A DNA stretch of 64,000 nt from an uncultured Collinsella sp. Its GTDB lineage: Bacteria; Actinomycetota; Coriobacteriia; Coriobacteriales; Coriobacteriaceae. The first letter of the stretch is position 1. Each line of letters begins with the position of its first letter. The position numbers were made by a program, and so were the translations under genes. This document shows positions 55,322-64,000 of this stretch, in pieces. Location of the stretch: positions 841 through 64,840 of the forward strand of contig CABSMX010000001.1 of assembly GCA_902478945.1 (NCBI GenBank). The letters run 5' to 3'. The notes under the pieces were generated by a model that worked only from the letters and a program-made list of their open reading frames with translations, was not told the DNA's origin and did not search any database.

Positions 55322-56296
55322 ATGGTAACCAAGAAGCTGATCCTTGATCTGGATATGGGTGTGGACGACGCCATGGCGCTCGCCTATGCCATCGCGAGCC
55401 CCGAGGTGGAGCTCGTCGGCATTACCACGTGCTTTGGCAACGTGCGCGTCGAGCAGTCGGCGCACAACTGCCTGGCGGTGCTTGACCTGCTGGGCCGCCC
55501 CGAGGTTCCGGTGTACCTGGGTGCCGACCGCCCCATAAAGGCGAGCGAGCCCTATACGCCGCCGGCGTCAACCACGCTCATCCACGGCAAGAACGGCATC
55601 GGTGGCGCGAGCGTGCCCGCGTCGCCCTATGAGCCGGTGGGGGCAACGTCTGCCGACGGCAATGCGGCGGTCGATTACCTGATCGATGCTGCGCGCACCT
55701 ATGGCCCCGACCTGGTCTATGTGGCGACCGGTCCGCTTTCCAACTTGGCGCTTGCCCTGGAGCGCGACGCGGCAGCGATGATGTCCATCGGCCGCGTGGT
55801 GGTGATGGGTGGCGCCCTGACCGTGCCCGGCAACGTGAGCGCGGGCGCCGAGGCCAACATGGCGAGCGATCCCGAGGCTGCCGATGCGGTGCTGCGTTCG
55901 GGCCGCAAGCTCACCATGGTTGGTCTGGACGTGACGCATCGCGTGGTGCTCACGCGCCGCGATATTGCCGGCTGGACGGGCTCGGGCACTATGGCCGGCT
56001 GCGCGTTTGGGAGCATGGTCGAGCACTACATTGGCTCGTACGAGATGAACGCACCTTACCTGGGTGGTTGTGCGCTGCACGATCCGCTGGCCGTTGCCGC
56101 GGCGATCGACCCCACGCTCGTGGGTGCGCTCGGCTGCAATCTGCGTGTTGATCTGCTGGGCGAGTACCGCGGTCGCACCATCTGCGATGAGCGCCGCGTG
56201 GCAGATCCCGACAAGAGCGCGCTTGTGGCACTGACTGTGGATGCCCCGCGCTTCCTTTCCGAGTTCAAGGCACGCATGGCCCGCGTCCTGGGCTAA
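55322..56296 (+). CDS. Nucleoside hydrolase (IUNH family)
   Basis: The N-terminal signature is LILDLDMGVDDAMALAYA (DxDxxxDD). Downstream motifs include GPLSNLALAL and LHDPLAVA. Confidence 0.85.
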   Translation: MVTKKLILDLDMGVDDAMALAYAIASPEVELVGITTCFGNVRVEQSAHNCLAVLDLLGRPEVPVYLGADRPIKASEPYTPPASTTLIHGKNGIGGASVPASPYEPVGATSADGNAAVDYLIDAARTYGPDLVYVATGPLSNLALALERDAAAMMSIGRVVVMGGALTVPGNVSAGAEANMASDPEAADAVLRSGRKLTMVGLDVTHRVVLTRRDIAGWTGSGTMAGCAFGSMVEHYIGSYEMNAPYLGGCALHDPLAVAAAIDPTLVGALGCNLRVDLLGEYRGRTICDERRVADPDKSALVALTVDAPRFLSEFKARMARVLG

Positions 56297-56398
56297 GTTG
56301 TCTTTTTGGGACGGGGCTTTTTTGACTGGTATGATTGGTGCGACCATTCGAATCAGCTAAAAGAGCCCGTCCCAAATTGACTACCGAGAGGATCTGCC

Positions 56399-56887
56399 AT
56401 GGAGCGCATCGCGAGTTTTTCCGTTGACCATCTGCTGCTTGAACCCGGCGTGTATGTGAGCCGCATCGACCGCGATCCGGCGACCGGCGCCGCCGTCACC
56501 ACCTTTGACCTGCGCCTGACCACGCCCAATAAGGAACCGGTTATGAACACGGCCGAGTGCCACACTATCGAGCATCTGGGCGCGACGTTCCTCCGCAATC
56601 ATGCCGAGTGGTCGAGCCGCATTGTCTACTTTGGCCCCATGGGCTGCCGCACGGGCTTTTACCTTGTCGTTTTTGGTGAGCTGACGAGCGAGGAAATCTT
56701 GCCGCTCGTGCGCGAGCTGTTCGAGTTTGTCGCCGGTTTTGAGGGCGATGTCCCCGGTGCCGCTCCCGAGGAATGCGGTAACTACCTGGACCAGAACCTT
56801 CCCATGGCAAACTGGCTCGCGCGCCGCTACCTCGACCGCGACCTGGCCGATATCGATGAGAAGCACCTGCACTATCAGCAGGCATAA
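56399..56887 (+). CDS. luxS: S-ribosylhomocysteine lyase
   Basis: SFSVDH, the metal-binding HTIEHL and GCRTGFY are LuxS hallmarks. The length is 162 aa. Confidence 0.9.
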   Translation: MERIASFSVDHLLLEPGVYVSRIDRDPATGAAVTTFDLRLTTPNKEPVMNTAECHTIEHLGATFLRNHAEWSSRIVYFGPMGCRTGFYLVVFGELTSEEILPLVRELFEFVAGFEGDVPGAAPEECGNYLDQNLPMANWLARRYLDRDLADIDEKHLHYQQA

Positions 56888-57020
56888 GGCCCTTGCGGGA
56901 ATAACGCTTGTACCAGAAGCGCCCCCGCTCTTTGCGGAGCGCTTTTTATACCGAGCGCTCAAAACATAAAAAGATTGTTCTAGAATGTTTATACTGTCAC
57001 ATAAACGAACAGGAGCGAAC

Positions 57021-57665
57021 ATGCATATTTATTCTGTTGAGGATCCCGAGTTCAAGTCCTATGGCAACGTTTGGGATAACGTTCCGTCCGAGCTTACGTC
57101 GCCCGTGCTCGAGGCGCTTGCCTCCACGCCCATCCCTGAGGGCAGCAAATACGTGGCGAGCGCGCCCGAGCTCGAGGGCGTTAAGGATGCCAATAAGCTG
57201 GGCTTTCTCATGTTTGGCGGTCGTCCCTTCCAGCTCGGCTGGTGCAACGGCCACAACACGCGCCTCAACTGCCTGGAGTACCACCGCGCGAGCGAGTTCA
57301 ACCTGGGTGCTCGCGATTTTATCCTGCTCGTGGCGCATCGCTGGGAGATCGAGGACGGCAAGCTCGACACCGCGTGCGTCAAGGCGTTCCGCGTACCGGC
57401 CGGCACGCTTGTTGAGGTTTTCAACACCACGCTTCACTACACGCCGTGCATGGTCGACGATGGGGGCTTCCAGGTGATGGTGGCACTGCCCGCCGGCACC
57501 AACGGTCCGCGCCCCGAGGCTGCGGCCGACATGCCCACGGCCGGCGACAGCTACTGCTACTGGAAGGCCGACAAGTGGGTTCTCTGCCATGCTGACAGCC
57601 CCAAGGCTGCCGAGGGCGGCTACGTAGGCCTCATCGGCAAGAACCTCGATATCGCCTGCGACTAG
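57021..57665 (+). CDS. DUF4867 family protein
   Basis: MHIYSVEDPEFKSYG and GWCNGHNTRLNCLEYHR match my memory of DUF4867 hallmarks. Confidence 0.7.
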   Translation: MHIYSVEDPEFKSYGNVWDNVPSELTSPVLEALASTPIPEGSKYVASAPELEGVKDANKLGFLMFGGRPFQLGWCNGHNTRLNCLEYHRASEFNLGARDFILLVAHRWEIEDGKLDTACVKAFRVPAGTLVEVFNTTLHYTPCMVDDGGFQVMVALPAGTNGPRPEAAADMPTAGDSYCYWKADKWVLCHADSPKAAEGGYVGLIGKNLDIACD

Positions 57666-57673
57666 CATCTTCC

Positions 57674-57810
57674 ATCTCGATCTGTAACATCTAGCGGGCT
57701 AAATCGTCTCTACTTGTTACAGATTTAGACAAACCATAGGGGACAGACCGAAAATCTCGATCTGTAACACCGGGCCCGGTTTTGGCTGCCTACCTGTTAC
57801 AGATCGAGAC
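57674..57810. repeat. Two tandem ~80-bp hairpin units
   Basis: ATCTCGATCTGTAACA occurs at 57674 and 57754. Each copy is followed about 25 nt later by its inverted partner TGTTACAGAT(T/C)(T/G)AGACAAACC, at 57715 and 57795. Confidence 0.8.
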
Positions 57811-57849
57811 AAACCGCCCCCAACCACCACAAAGGCGCCTGTCCCCTTT

Positions 57850-58050
57850 GTGGTGGATTGGGCAGGCGGGTATCAAAAAGTGTCAGACGGGGCGGCTGCC
57901 GAGCGCCTGCGCGCGAAAAGAAGTATCGGCCTGCGTCAGCATGTCGCCGCGATGCGCGACGCGGTGACCGAGGACGGCGTTGACCTGCTGAGCTACACCA
58001 CCTGGGGCCCGATCGCTGCGCTTCGCAAGTCCTGCTTTATAACGTCCTAA
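57850..58050 (+). pseudogene. Remnant of a glycoside hydrolase family 1 (6-phospho-beta-glucosidase-like) gene
   Basis: LRQHVAAMRDAVTEDGVDLLSYTTWGPI matches the C-terminal GH1 block (YL..H......A...DGVDL.GYT.WG.ID). Only about 45 aa of similarity remain. The N-terminal ~400 aa and the extreme C-terminus are missing. Confidence 0.6.
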
Positions 58051-58052
58051 TC

Positions 58053-58095
58053 AAAGCGCCCGGCGAGAAGTTAATGCTCGCCGGGCGCTTTTTTG
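58053..58095 (+). terminator. Intrinsic terminator
   Basis: AAAGCGCCCGGCGAG-AAGTTAATG-CTCGCCGGGCGCTTT is followed by TTTT. Confidence 0.8.
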
Positions 58096-58133
58096 ACTAG
58101 TCGTTTAAGAACGTCCCCAACGACTAGTCAAAA
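58091..58133. repeat. Conserved-loop hairpin (copy E4, extended stem)
   Basis: TTTTGACTAGTCGTT-TAAGAACGTCCCC-AACGACTAGTCAAAA. Confidence 0.85.
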
Positions 58134-58247
58134 ATGAGCCATGTGTCCCAGTTGTGGAGACTCGTTGAGCCGTCTGGGTATCGTGAAAGATCGCGCGCTC
58201 GCCCATCATCAAAAGTGACACACGCTACCAGTTGATGGGAGGCAGCT

Positions 58248-58985
58248 ATGGGCTTCTTTGACAAGATGTTCGAGAAGAAAGAGTGCGCGATTTGCGGTAC
58301 CGAGCTGGGACTTTTGGGAAAGACCAAAATCAACGAAGGCTACCTGTGCAAAGAGTGCGCCGGCAAGCTCTCCCCCTACTTCCACGGCTATCGCTCCAGC
58401 ACCGCGGACGATATCCGCGAGCAACTCGCCTACCGCGAGGCCAATGCCGAGCGCCTGGCCTCGTTCAACCCCACGCGCACGCTCTCTGCCGGGCGCACCA
58501 ACATCATGCTCGACGAAGACGCGGGCCTGCTGATCATTACCTCGCAGAGCCGTTGGCGCGATGCCAACCCCGACATCATCGAGTTCTCACAGGTACTCGG
58601 CTGCGATATGGATATCGACGAGCATCGCACCGAGATCTATCGCGAGACCAAGGACGGCGAGCGCGAGAGCTACAACCCACCGCGTTACGACCTGGATTAC
58701 GACTTTAACCTGACTATCCACGTCAACACGCCGTACTTTACCGAGATCAACCTGCGCGTGAACGACTCCACCATCGATCAGCGCGGGTCCATCGAGTACC
58801 GCGAGGCCAAGCGCCAGGCAACCGAAGTCCGCGATGCGTTGATGCAGCTGCGCCAGGAGACGCGTGACAGCGTCGTGGCCGCTAAGGCCCCCAAGACCGC
58901 GGTCACCTGTCCATTCTGCGGTGCAACCACCATTCCCGATGCTAGTGGGCGCTGCGAATACTGCGGCGGTGCCATCGGCGCATAG
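58248..58985 (+). CDS. Zinc-ribbon protein (DUF4428-like N-terminus, C-terminal zinc ribbon)
   Basis: The N-terminal motif is CAICG..x..CKECAGKL and the C-terminal motif is CPFCG..x..CEYCGG. It is the first gene of a 4-gene same-strand cluster. Confidence 0.6.
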   Translation: MGFFDKMFEKKECAICGTELGLLGKTKINEGYLCKECAGKLSPYFHGYRSSTADDIREQLAYREANAERLASFNPTRTLSAGRTNIMLDEDAGLLIITSQSRWRDANPDIIEFSQVLGCDMDIDEHRTEIYRETKDGERESYNPPRYDLDYDFNLTIHVNTPYFTEINLRVNDSTIDQRGSIEYREAKRQATEVRDALMQLRQETRDSVVAAKAPKTAVTCPFCGATTIPDASGRCEYCGGAIGA

Positions 58986-59009
58986 CCTCCGGCACGGAAA
59001 GGACCGATC

Positions 59010-60332
59010 ATGGCCTTCGAGAGCGTCAACTATCAGTGCCCCGCGTGTGGTGGCCCCCTTCACTTTGCCAGTGCCGAGCAAAAGCTCGTCTGCGACTACT
59101 GCGATTCGCGTTTTGAAGTCGAAGAAGTCGAGGCCCTCTATCGCGAACGCCAGGACAAGGCCGATGCCAAAGCCGATGCCGCAGCCGTGGCTCCCAAACC
59201 TGCTGTCGACGATGCCGTGCAGGAGCTGGCTCAAAACGCCGGCTACATCTGCTCGTCGTGCGGCGCCGAGCTCGTGTCCGACGGCACCGTCGCCGTCACC
59301 ACCTGCCCGTACTGCGGTAACTCCGCCGTGGCACCTGGCCAGCTCTCGGGCGACTTCTCACCCGACCTGGTGATTCCGTTTAAGCTCGGGCGCGACGATG
59401 TCATGGCCGCGCTCAAAGAGCACTACAAAGGCAAGATTCTGCTGCCCAAGAGCTTTGTCACCGACAACCACATCGACGAGGTCCAAGGCGTCTACGTGCC
59501 GTTTTGGCTCTACGGTGCCCGCGTGGACGGCGAAGTGTGCTTCGACGCAACCAACGAGACCGTGACTGAGGAATCCGATCGCACCGTCACGACCACCGAC
59601 CACTACGACGCCTACCGTAAGGGCAATATCTCGTTTGAGCGCGTACCCGTCGACGGATCGTCCAAGATGCCCGACGGCCACATGGACGCCATCGAGCCGT
59701 TTGACTACGATGCCCTGCGCCCGTTCTCGGTCGCGTATATGCCCGGCTACATCGCCAACCGCTACGACGAGGACTGCGAAACCTGCAAGGCGCGCGCCGA
59801 ACGCCGCATGGAGGAGAGCACGATCTCGGCCCTGCGCGAAACCGTCGTCGACGAATATGACGATGCCACGGTCGAAAGCAAGCAGCTCGACTACACCTGG
59901 GAAAACAGCGATTATGCCCTGTTCCCCGTGTGGATGCTCTCTACCTCATGGAACGGCAAGAGTTACCTGTTTGCTATGAACGGCCAAACCGGCCGCATGG
60001 TCGGCGAGCTTCCCTGCTCCAAGCCCAAGCTCGCTATCGCCTCGGTGCTGTTCTTTGCGATCGGATTTGTCCTTTCCCAGATTCTCTTTATGGGCGAGAA
60101 CGCCTTCGATCCGGATTACCTCACCTTTGATGTCGAGGGCATCCTCATCAACATCGTCGCGCCGCTGATCATCGTGATCATCGCGGACGTGTTGCTGGTA
60201 GGCCAGCTCAAGACGGCCAACGAGGCCACCCACGCCGACTGCTACTGCGGCGAGCTCGACCTGACCGAGAAGCACGACACCTTCAGCCACACCGAGACCA
60301 CCGTTGTCATGAAGGACAACAAGGACGATTAG
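59010..60332 (+). CDS. YdjG-like double zinc-ribbon membrane protein
   Basis: The two zinc ribbons are CPACGG..CDYCDS and CSSCGA..CPYCGN. A soluble domain and two C-terminal TM helices follow. Confidence 0.6.
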   Translation: MAFESVNYQCPACGGPLHFASAEQKLVCDYCDSRFEVEEVEALYRERQDKADAKADAAAVAPKPAVDDAVQELAQNAGYICSSCGAELVSDGTVAVTTCPYCGNSAVAPGQLSGDFSPDLVIPFKLGRDDVMAALKEHYKGKILLPKSFVTDNHIDEVQGVYVPFWLYGARVDGEVCFDATNETVTEESDRTVTTTDHYDAYRKGNISFERVPVDGSSKMPDGHMDAIEPFDYDALRPFSVAYMPGYIANRYDEDCETCKARAERRMEESTISALRETVVDEYDDATVESKQLDYTWENSDYALFPVWMLSTSWNGKSYLFAMNGQTGRMVGELPCSKPKLAIASVLFFAIGFVLSQILFMGENAFDPDYLTFDVEGILINIVAPLIIVIIADVLLVGQLKTANEATHADCYCGELDLTEKHDTFSHTETTVVMKDNKDD

Positions 60333-60380
60333 CCATTCTGACCAATACCACCCGGCCTTTGACGAGAAAGGAAGATCACC

Positions 60381-61622
60381 ATGGGACTCTTGAAAGCTGG
60401 ATTGGGTGCTGCCGGCGGCGTCATGGCCGACCAGTGGAAGGAATTTATCTATTGCGAATCGATGCCCGCTGACGTCTTGGCCTGCAAGGGCAGCAAGCGC
60501 ACCGGCGGCCGCAGCTCCAACACGCGCGGCGAGGACAACGTCATCTCCAACGGCTCGGTCATCGCCGTCAACGACGGCCAGGGCATGCTCGTGGTGCAAA
60601 ACGGCAAGATCATCGAGGTTGCGCTGGAGCCTGGCGAGTTCGTCTTCGATACCGGCAGCGAGCCGAGCGTCTTCAGCGGCAACCTGGGCGACTCCATCAA
60701 GGAGACCTTCGCCAATATCGGCAGCCGTTTTACCTTTGGCGGCGATGCAGGCAAAGACCAGCGCGTCTACTTCATCAACACAAAAGAGATCATCGGCAAC
60801 AAGTACGGCACCGCCTCTCCCGTGCCCTTCCGCGTAGTCGATAACAACATTGGCCTGGACGTCGACATCTCCGTGCGCTGCAACGGCGAGTATTCGTACC
60901 GTATCACCAACCCGCTGCTGTTCTACACCAACGTGTGCGGCAACGTGACCGATAGCTACACGCGCGATAAGATCGACAGCCAGCTTAAGTCCGAGCTGCT
61001 CACCGCTCTGCAGCCCGCCTTTGCCAAGATCTCGGAGATGGGCATCCGCTACAGTGCCATTCCCGGTCACACCACCGAGCTCGCGCGCGCACTCAACGAA
61101 GTCCTCTCGGCCGATTGGCGCGACCTGCGCGGTGTCGAGATCGTGAGCTTTGGCGTCAACTCCATCGCCGCCTCGCAAGAAGACGAACAGATGATCAAGG
61201 ACCTGCAGAAAGCCGCGGTCATGCGCGATCCCACCATGGCGGCCGCCAACATCGCCAGCGCCCAGAGCGACGCGATGCGCGCCGCGGCGGCCAACCCCAA
61301 CGGCGCGATGGCCGGCTTTATGGGCATGGGCATGGCGGGCGGCATGGGCGGCATGAACGCCAGCCAGCTGTTCGCCGCCGGCCAGGCACAGCAGCAGGCC
61401 GCCCCGCAGCCAGCTCCGGCACCCGCCCCCGCACCGGCTCCTGCCGCTGCCCCCGCGGCCGGTGCATGGACCTGCAGCTGCGGTGCCACCAACACCGGCA
61501 AGTTCTGCTCCGAGTGCGGTAGTCCCGCACCCGCCCCGGCACCGGCCAAGTGGTTCTGCCCCAACTGCGGTAGCGAAAACGGCGGCAAGTTCTGCAGCAA
61601 CTGCGGAACGCCCAGGCCCTAG
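60381..61622 (+). CDS. SPFH-domain protein with C-terminal zinc ribbons (COG4260 / YdjI-like)
   Basis: The N-terminus GLLKAGLGAAGGVMADQWKEFIYC is typical of the YdjI family. An SPFH body and a Gly/Met and Pro/Ala linker follow. Two ribbons close the protein: WTCSCGATNTGKFCSECG and WFCPNCGSENGGKFCSNCG. Confidence 0.75.
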   Translation: MGLLKAGLGAAGGVMADQWKEFIYCESMPADVLACKGSKRTGGRSSNTRGEDNVISNGSVIAVNDGQGMLVVQNGKIIEVALEPGEFVFDTGSEPSVFSGNLGDSIKETFANIGSRFTFGGDAGKDQRVYFINTKEIIGNKYGTASPVPFRVVDNNIGLDVDISVRCNGEYSYRITNPLLFYTNVCGNVTDSYTRDKIDSQLKSELLTALQPAFAKISEMGIRYSAIPGHTTELARALNEVLSADWRDLRGVEIVSFGVNSIAASQEDEQMIKDLQKAAVMRDPTMAAANIASAQSDAMRAAAANPNGAMAGFMGMGMAGGMGGMNASQLFAAGQAQQQAAPQPAPAPAPAPAPAAAPAAGAWTCSCGATNTGKFCSECGSPAPAPAPAKWFCPNCGSENGGKFCSNCGTPRP

Positions 61623-61701
61623 CCCCTCTATCTGGTAATTGGCGGGGGTCCGCCACCCCCGCATTTGCTTCTATGGGTTTCGTTCGATAAAGGAGGACAC
61701 C

Positions 61702-62544
61702 ATGAAGACAACGTTCAAAAAGTCCGTACTCGCATTTCTGACATGCGTCCTGGCGCTCGCCTTTGCCCTGACGGGCTGCAGCGGCGGGGGCAAAGACCCC
61801 AAGGCCAACTTCGTCGGCAGCTGGGAACTCTCGGGTGGAACCTTGGAGGGCGAAGAGCTGACCGATGAGTACATGAAGATGCTCGAGGATTGGGGTGTCC
61901 ACTGCGTCCTGATTCTCGATGAGGACGGCACAGGCGCCCTCGACCTGTTCCTTGAAGTCATGGACCTTAAATGGGAGGCAAAGGACGCCACCACTGTAAC
62001 CATCACCGCCGAAGACGAGTCGCATGACATGAAGCTCAAGGACGGCAAACTCATCCTCGAAGAAGATGACGGCAATCTTGTCTTTACCAAGTCCGACAAG
62101 GACCTGTCCGGTACGGTGAAGAAGGATCGCGAGGCGGCCGAGAAGGAAGAGGAGATCGATGAGGCCGTCGAAGACGACGATGTCCAAAGTGTCGAAATCT
62201 CCCCCGCCGTCACCGTCGCCGATGACGATCTGTGCACCATCACCATCACCGAGAAGTTCAAGGACGACTGGGGCGACATCGGCTTTGTCGTCAACATCAC
62301 CAACAAGAGCGACAAGGACCTGACCTTCTACGCTCCTTCCGGCAAGACCAACGTCAACGGCACCATGAAGGAACCCTGGTTCTCGGCTCACCTGATGCCC
62401 GGCACCAACGCCACCGAGGAATTCACCTTCTCGAAGGGCACGCTCGATAGCCTTGACGACCTCGTCAACACGACCATCGGCATCGACGCCTACCTGACCG
62501 ATTCCTACGAGGACGTCGCCTCCTACAGCGCAACCATCGCGTAG
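61702..62544 (+). CDS. Lipoprotein of unknown function
   Basis: AGGAGG lies upstream of the ATG at 61702. The lipobox is LALAFALTGC. The mature domain is acidic. Confidence 0.7.
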   Translation: MKTTFKKSVLAFLTCVLALAFALTGCSGGGKDPKANFVGSWELSGGTLEGEELTDEYMKMLEDWGVHCVLILDEDGTGALDLFLEVMDLKWEAKDATTVTITAEDESHDMKLKDGKLILEEDDGNLVFTKSDKDLSGTVKKDREAAEKEEEIDEAVEDDDVQSVEISPAVTVADDDLCTITITEKFKDDWGDIGFVVNITNKSDKDLTFYAPSGKTNVNGTMKEPWFSAHLMPGTNATEEFTFSKGTLDSLDDLVNTTIGIDAYLTDSYEDVASYSATIA

Positions 62545-62660
62545 CGGCACGTAACATCAGCCGCGGATTGGCGGACACATCCGCGCACATGTCAGGCGGG
62601 GCCGCAGGAAATGATCATGCGGCCCCGTCGCCTTGCGCCGACAGCACTGCCCATACAAGC

Positions 62661-62703
62661 AGGCCGCCCACCGTTTTTTTAGATGCGAAACGGTGGGCGG
62701 CCT
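62661..62703. terminator. Bidirectional intrinsic terminator
   Basis: AGGCCGCCCACCGTTT-TTTTAGATGCG-AAACGGTGGGCGGCCT lies between convergent genes. Confidence 0.75.
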
Positions 62704-62739
62704 ATCTTTACGGCGCCGGAACACGGGTGAGCGCGTCGA

Positions 62740-63363
62740 TTACGGGCGCTCCATGTTGGGAACGATGCTGCCCTCGGTCACTGCATGCACGGCCAGGCGC
62801 ATGATGTTGTCGTAACCGGTCTTGCTCAGAATCTCCGAGATGCGACGCTTGATGGTGCCCTCACTCATAAACAGCTCGGCCGCGATCTCGCGGCGGCTCT
62901 TGCCCTCGCAGGCAAGGCGCAAAATCGACAGCTCGACATCGTCGAGGGCTGCCGTGCCCGAAAAAATGCTCTCGGGCGGCTTGGGAAACGTGCAGTAGCC
63001 CGCCAGCGTGGAGCGCATCACGGCGAACAGCTCGTCGATGCCGACGTTCTTGTACACAAAGCTGTCGACGCCCGCCTCGCGGGCCTGATCGACAAAGGTG
63101 ATCTCGGGCATGCCGGTCATGATAATGATGCGACACTCGGGCAGTTGCTCCTTGATGCGCGCCGCCGCCACGATGCCGTTTGAATCGTGTTCGGTGCACA
63201 CGTCCATCAGTATCATGTCCGGGCGCTCCTTGAGCGCGACACCCAAGGCCTCGGAGGCATCGGCGAGCGCGGCGACGACGGTCATATCGGGCTGGTCGCC
63301 AACGGAGCGCGCCAGGCTCTCGCGCAGAATGGCCTGGTCTTCGACTATAAGGACGCGGATCAT
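62740..63363 (-). CDS. Response regulator, NarL/FixJ (LuxR-type HTH) family
   Basis: The receiver domain (MIRVLIVEDQ..DMILMDVCT) is followed by a LuxR HTH (LSILRLACEGKSRREIAAELFMSEGTIKRRISEILSKTG). Confidence 0.9.
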   Translation of the reverse strand: MIRVLIVEDQAILRESLARSVGDQPDMTVVAALADASEALGVALKERPDMILMDVCTEHDSNGIVAAARIKEQLPECRIIIMTGMPEITFVDQAREAGVDSFVYKNVGIDELFAVMRSTLAGYCTFPKPPESIFSGTAALDDVELSILRLACEGKSRREIAAELFMSEGTIKRRISEILSKTGYDNIMRLAVHAVTEGSIVPNMERP

Positions 63364-64000
63364 GAACTTCTCCTTTGGACCGTGGCGTTGGAGCTCAGCG
63401 GGATGGACACCGCAAGCGTAAAGGGCTGGGCAGCATGGACCTCTAGGCTGCCACCCAGATCTTGCGCGACATGCCTCATACCTGGGATACCCGTTCCCTC
63501 GCGATACGATACGGGGGCCGGGGACCCGTCGTTAGAAATCGTCATGCGCGCGATGCCGTCAGCATCCGCCCCCTCCCGCCACAGGCGCACATGGACCCGA
63601 TGCGCCTGCGCATGCTTGGTGGCATTGGTCGAGGCCTCGCGAATAATCTGCAAAAATGCGGCGGCAACACGCGCGTCCTCAGGCAGCGCACCCTCAACAT
63701 CGATCTGCACACTCACCAGGCCAAAAGCATGGACGATATCACCCAGCTGCTCTGCAGGCTCGCTAGCACCGCCGCTGCGCAAATCGGCGGCGATTGAGCG
63801 CAGCAACGGGTCAATCTGCTCGAGCGACTCATCGTCCAGACGTCCCTCCTCCAAATAGCGATGAAGAATGGACAGGCGCTGCCCGATCACGTCGTGCACG
63901 CGGGCACGCATACGTAGGTAGGCCGCATTGTCGGCAACCTTTTTAACTTCTTCGATCTGGGCCTGGAGCTCTTGGCCCGCAAGCTCAAGCAGGTGGTTGG
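63360..64000 (-). CDS. Sensor histidine kinase, HisKA_3 family; N-terminus outside the window
   Basis: The frame stays open to nt 64000 (..ELQAQIEEVKKVADNAAYLRMRARVHDVIGQRLS..). It has an H-box and a HATPase_c tail, and overlaps the regulator gene by 4 nt. Confidence 0.85.
   Translation of the reverse strand, partial: NHLLELAGQELQAQIEEVKKVADNAAYLRMRARVHDVIGQRLSILHRYLEEGRLDDESLEQIDPLLRSIAADLRSGGASEPAEQLGDIVHAFGLVSVQIDVEGALPEDARVAAAFLQIIREASTNATKHAQAHRVHVRLWREGADADGIARMTISNDGSPAPVSYREGTGIPGMRHVAQDLGGSLEVHAAQPFTLAVSIPLSSNATVQRRSS

Overview
This is a 64-kb high-GC (roughly 60-65% by eye) Gram-positive chromosomal segment. It is most consistent with a Coriobacteriia-type actinobacterium, based on an LPXTG adhesin, an NRAMP-related Mg2+ transporter signature and an Ech-like hydrogenase; this placement is an inference. 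Content in order: (1) a 5'-truncated DUF4143 AAA+ ATPase; (2) a 13.6-kb four-gene operon with three signal-anchored small proteins whose N-termini look TasA/camelysin-like, plus a 3,549-aa GLUG-repeat exoprotein with no recognisable wall anchor; (3) a COG2865-type AlbA_2/HATPase/wHTH gene bracketed by two ~100-bp TGGAAAG-repeat modules; (4) an orphan IS3-OrfA-like HTH gene; (5) a compact 5-gene group-4 [NiFe] hydrogenase with a fused NuoL/NuoH-like membrane subunit; (6) a 1,965-aa vWA/isopeptide-domain LPXTG adhesin bracketed by five 154-160-bp nested-palindrome MITE-like elements; (7) a LuxR-type two-component system with an ABC-2 exporter and a MacB/FtsX-type ABC exporter; (8) a DUF362 Fe-S protein, an alpha/beta hydrolase, hemolysin-III and CNNM/CorC proteins, YtxH and PRC-barrel genes, and a NodB deacetylase; (9) an MgtE-N/CBS membrane protein next to an NRMT-type SLC11 transporter; (10) an OatA-like acyltransferase with a start-codon anomaly; (11) ribokinase, nucleoside hydrolase, LuxS and DUF4867; (12) a GH1 gene remnant; (13) a PspA-less YdjG/YdjI-like zinc-ribbon/SPFH cluster; (14) a second LuxR-type two-component system cut by the window edge. 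I recognised no rRNA, tRNA, CRISPR array, intact IS or prophage. The best candidates for something new are the small-protein + giant-exoprotein operon (1428-15043), the repeat-bracketed COG2865 cassette (15121-16825), the nested-palindrome element family around the adhesin (23362-30662), and a hairpin family with a conserved loop and covarying stems just downstream of gene 3' ends (36028, 39634, 48151, 51795, 58091). All product calls come from reading the translations from memory of protein families; no searches were run.
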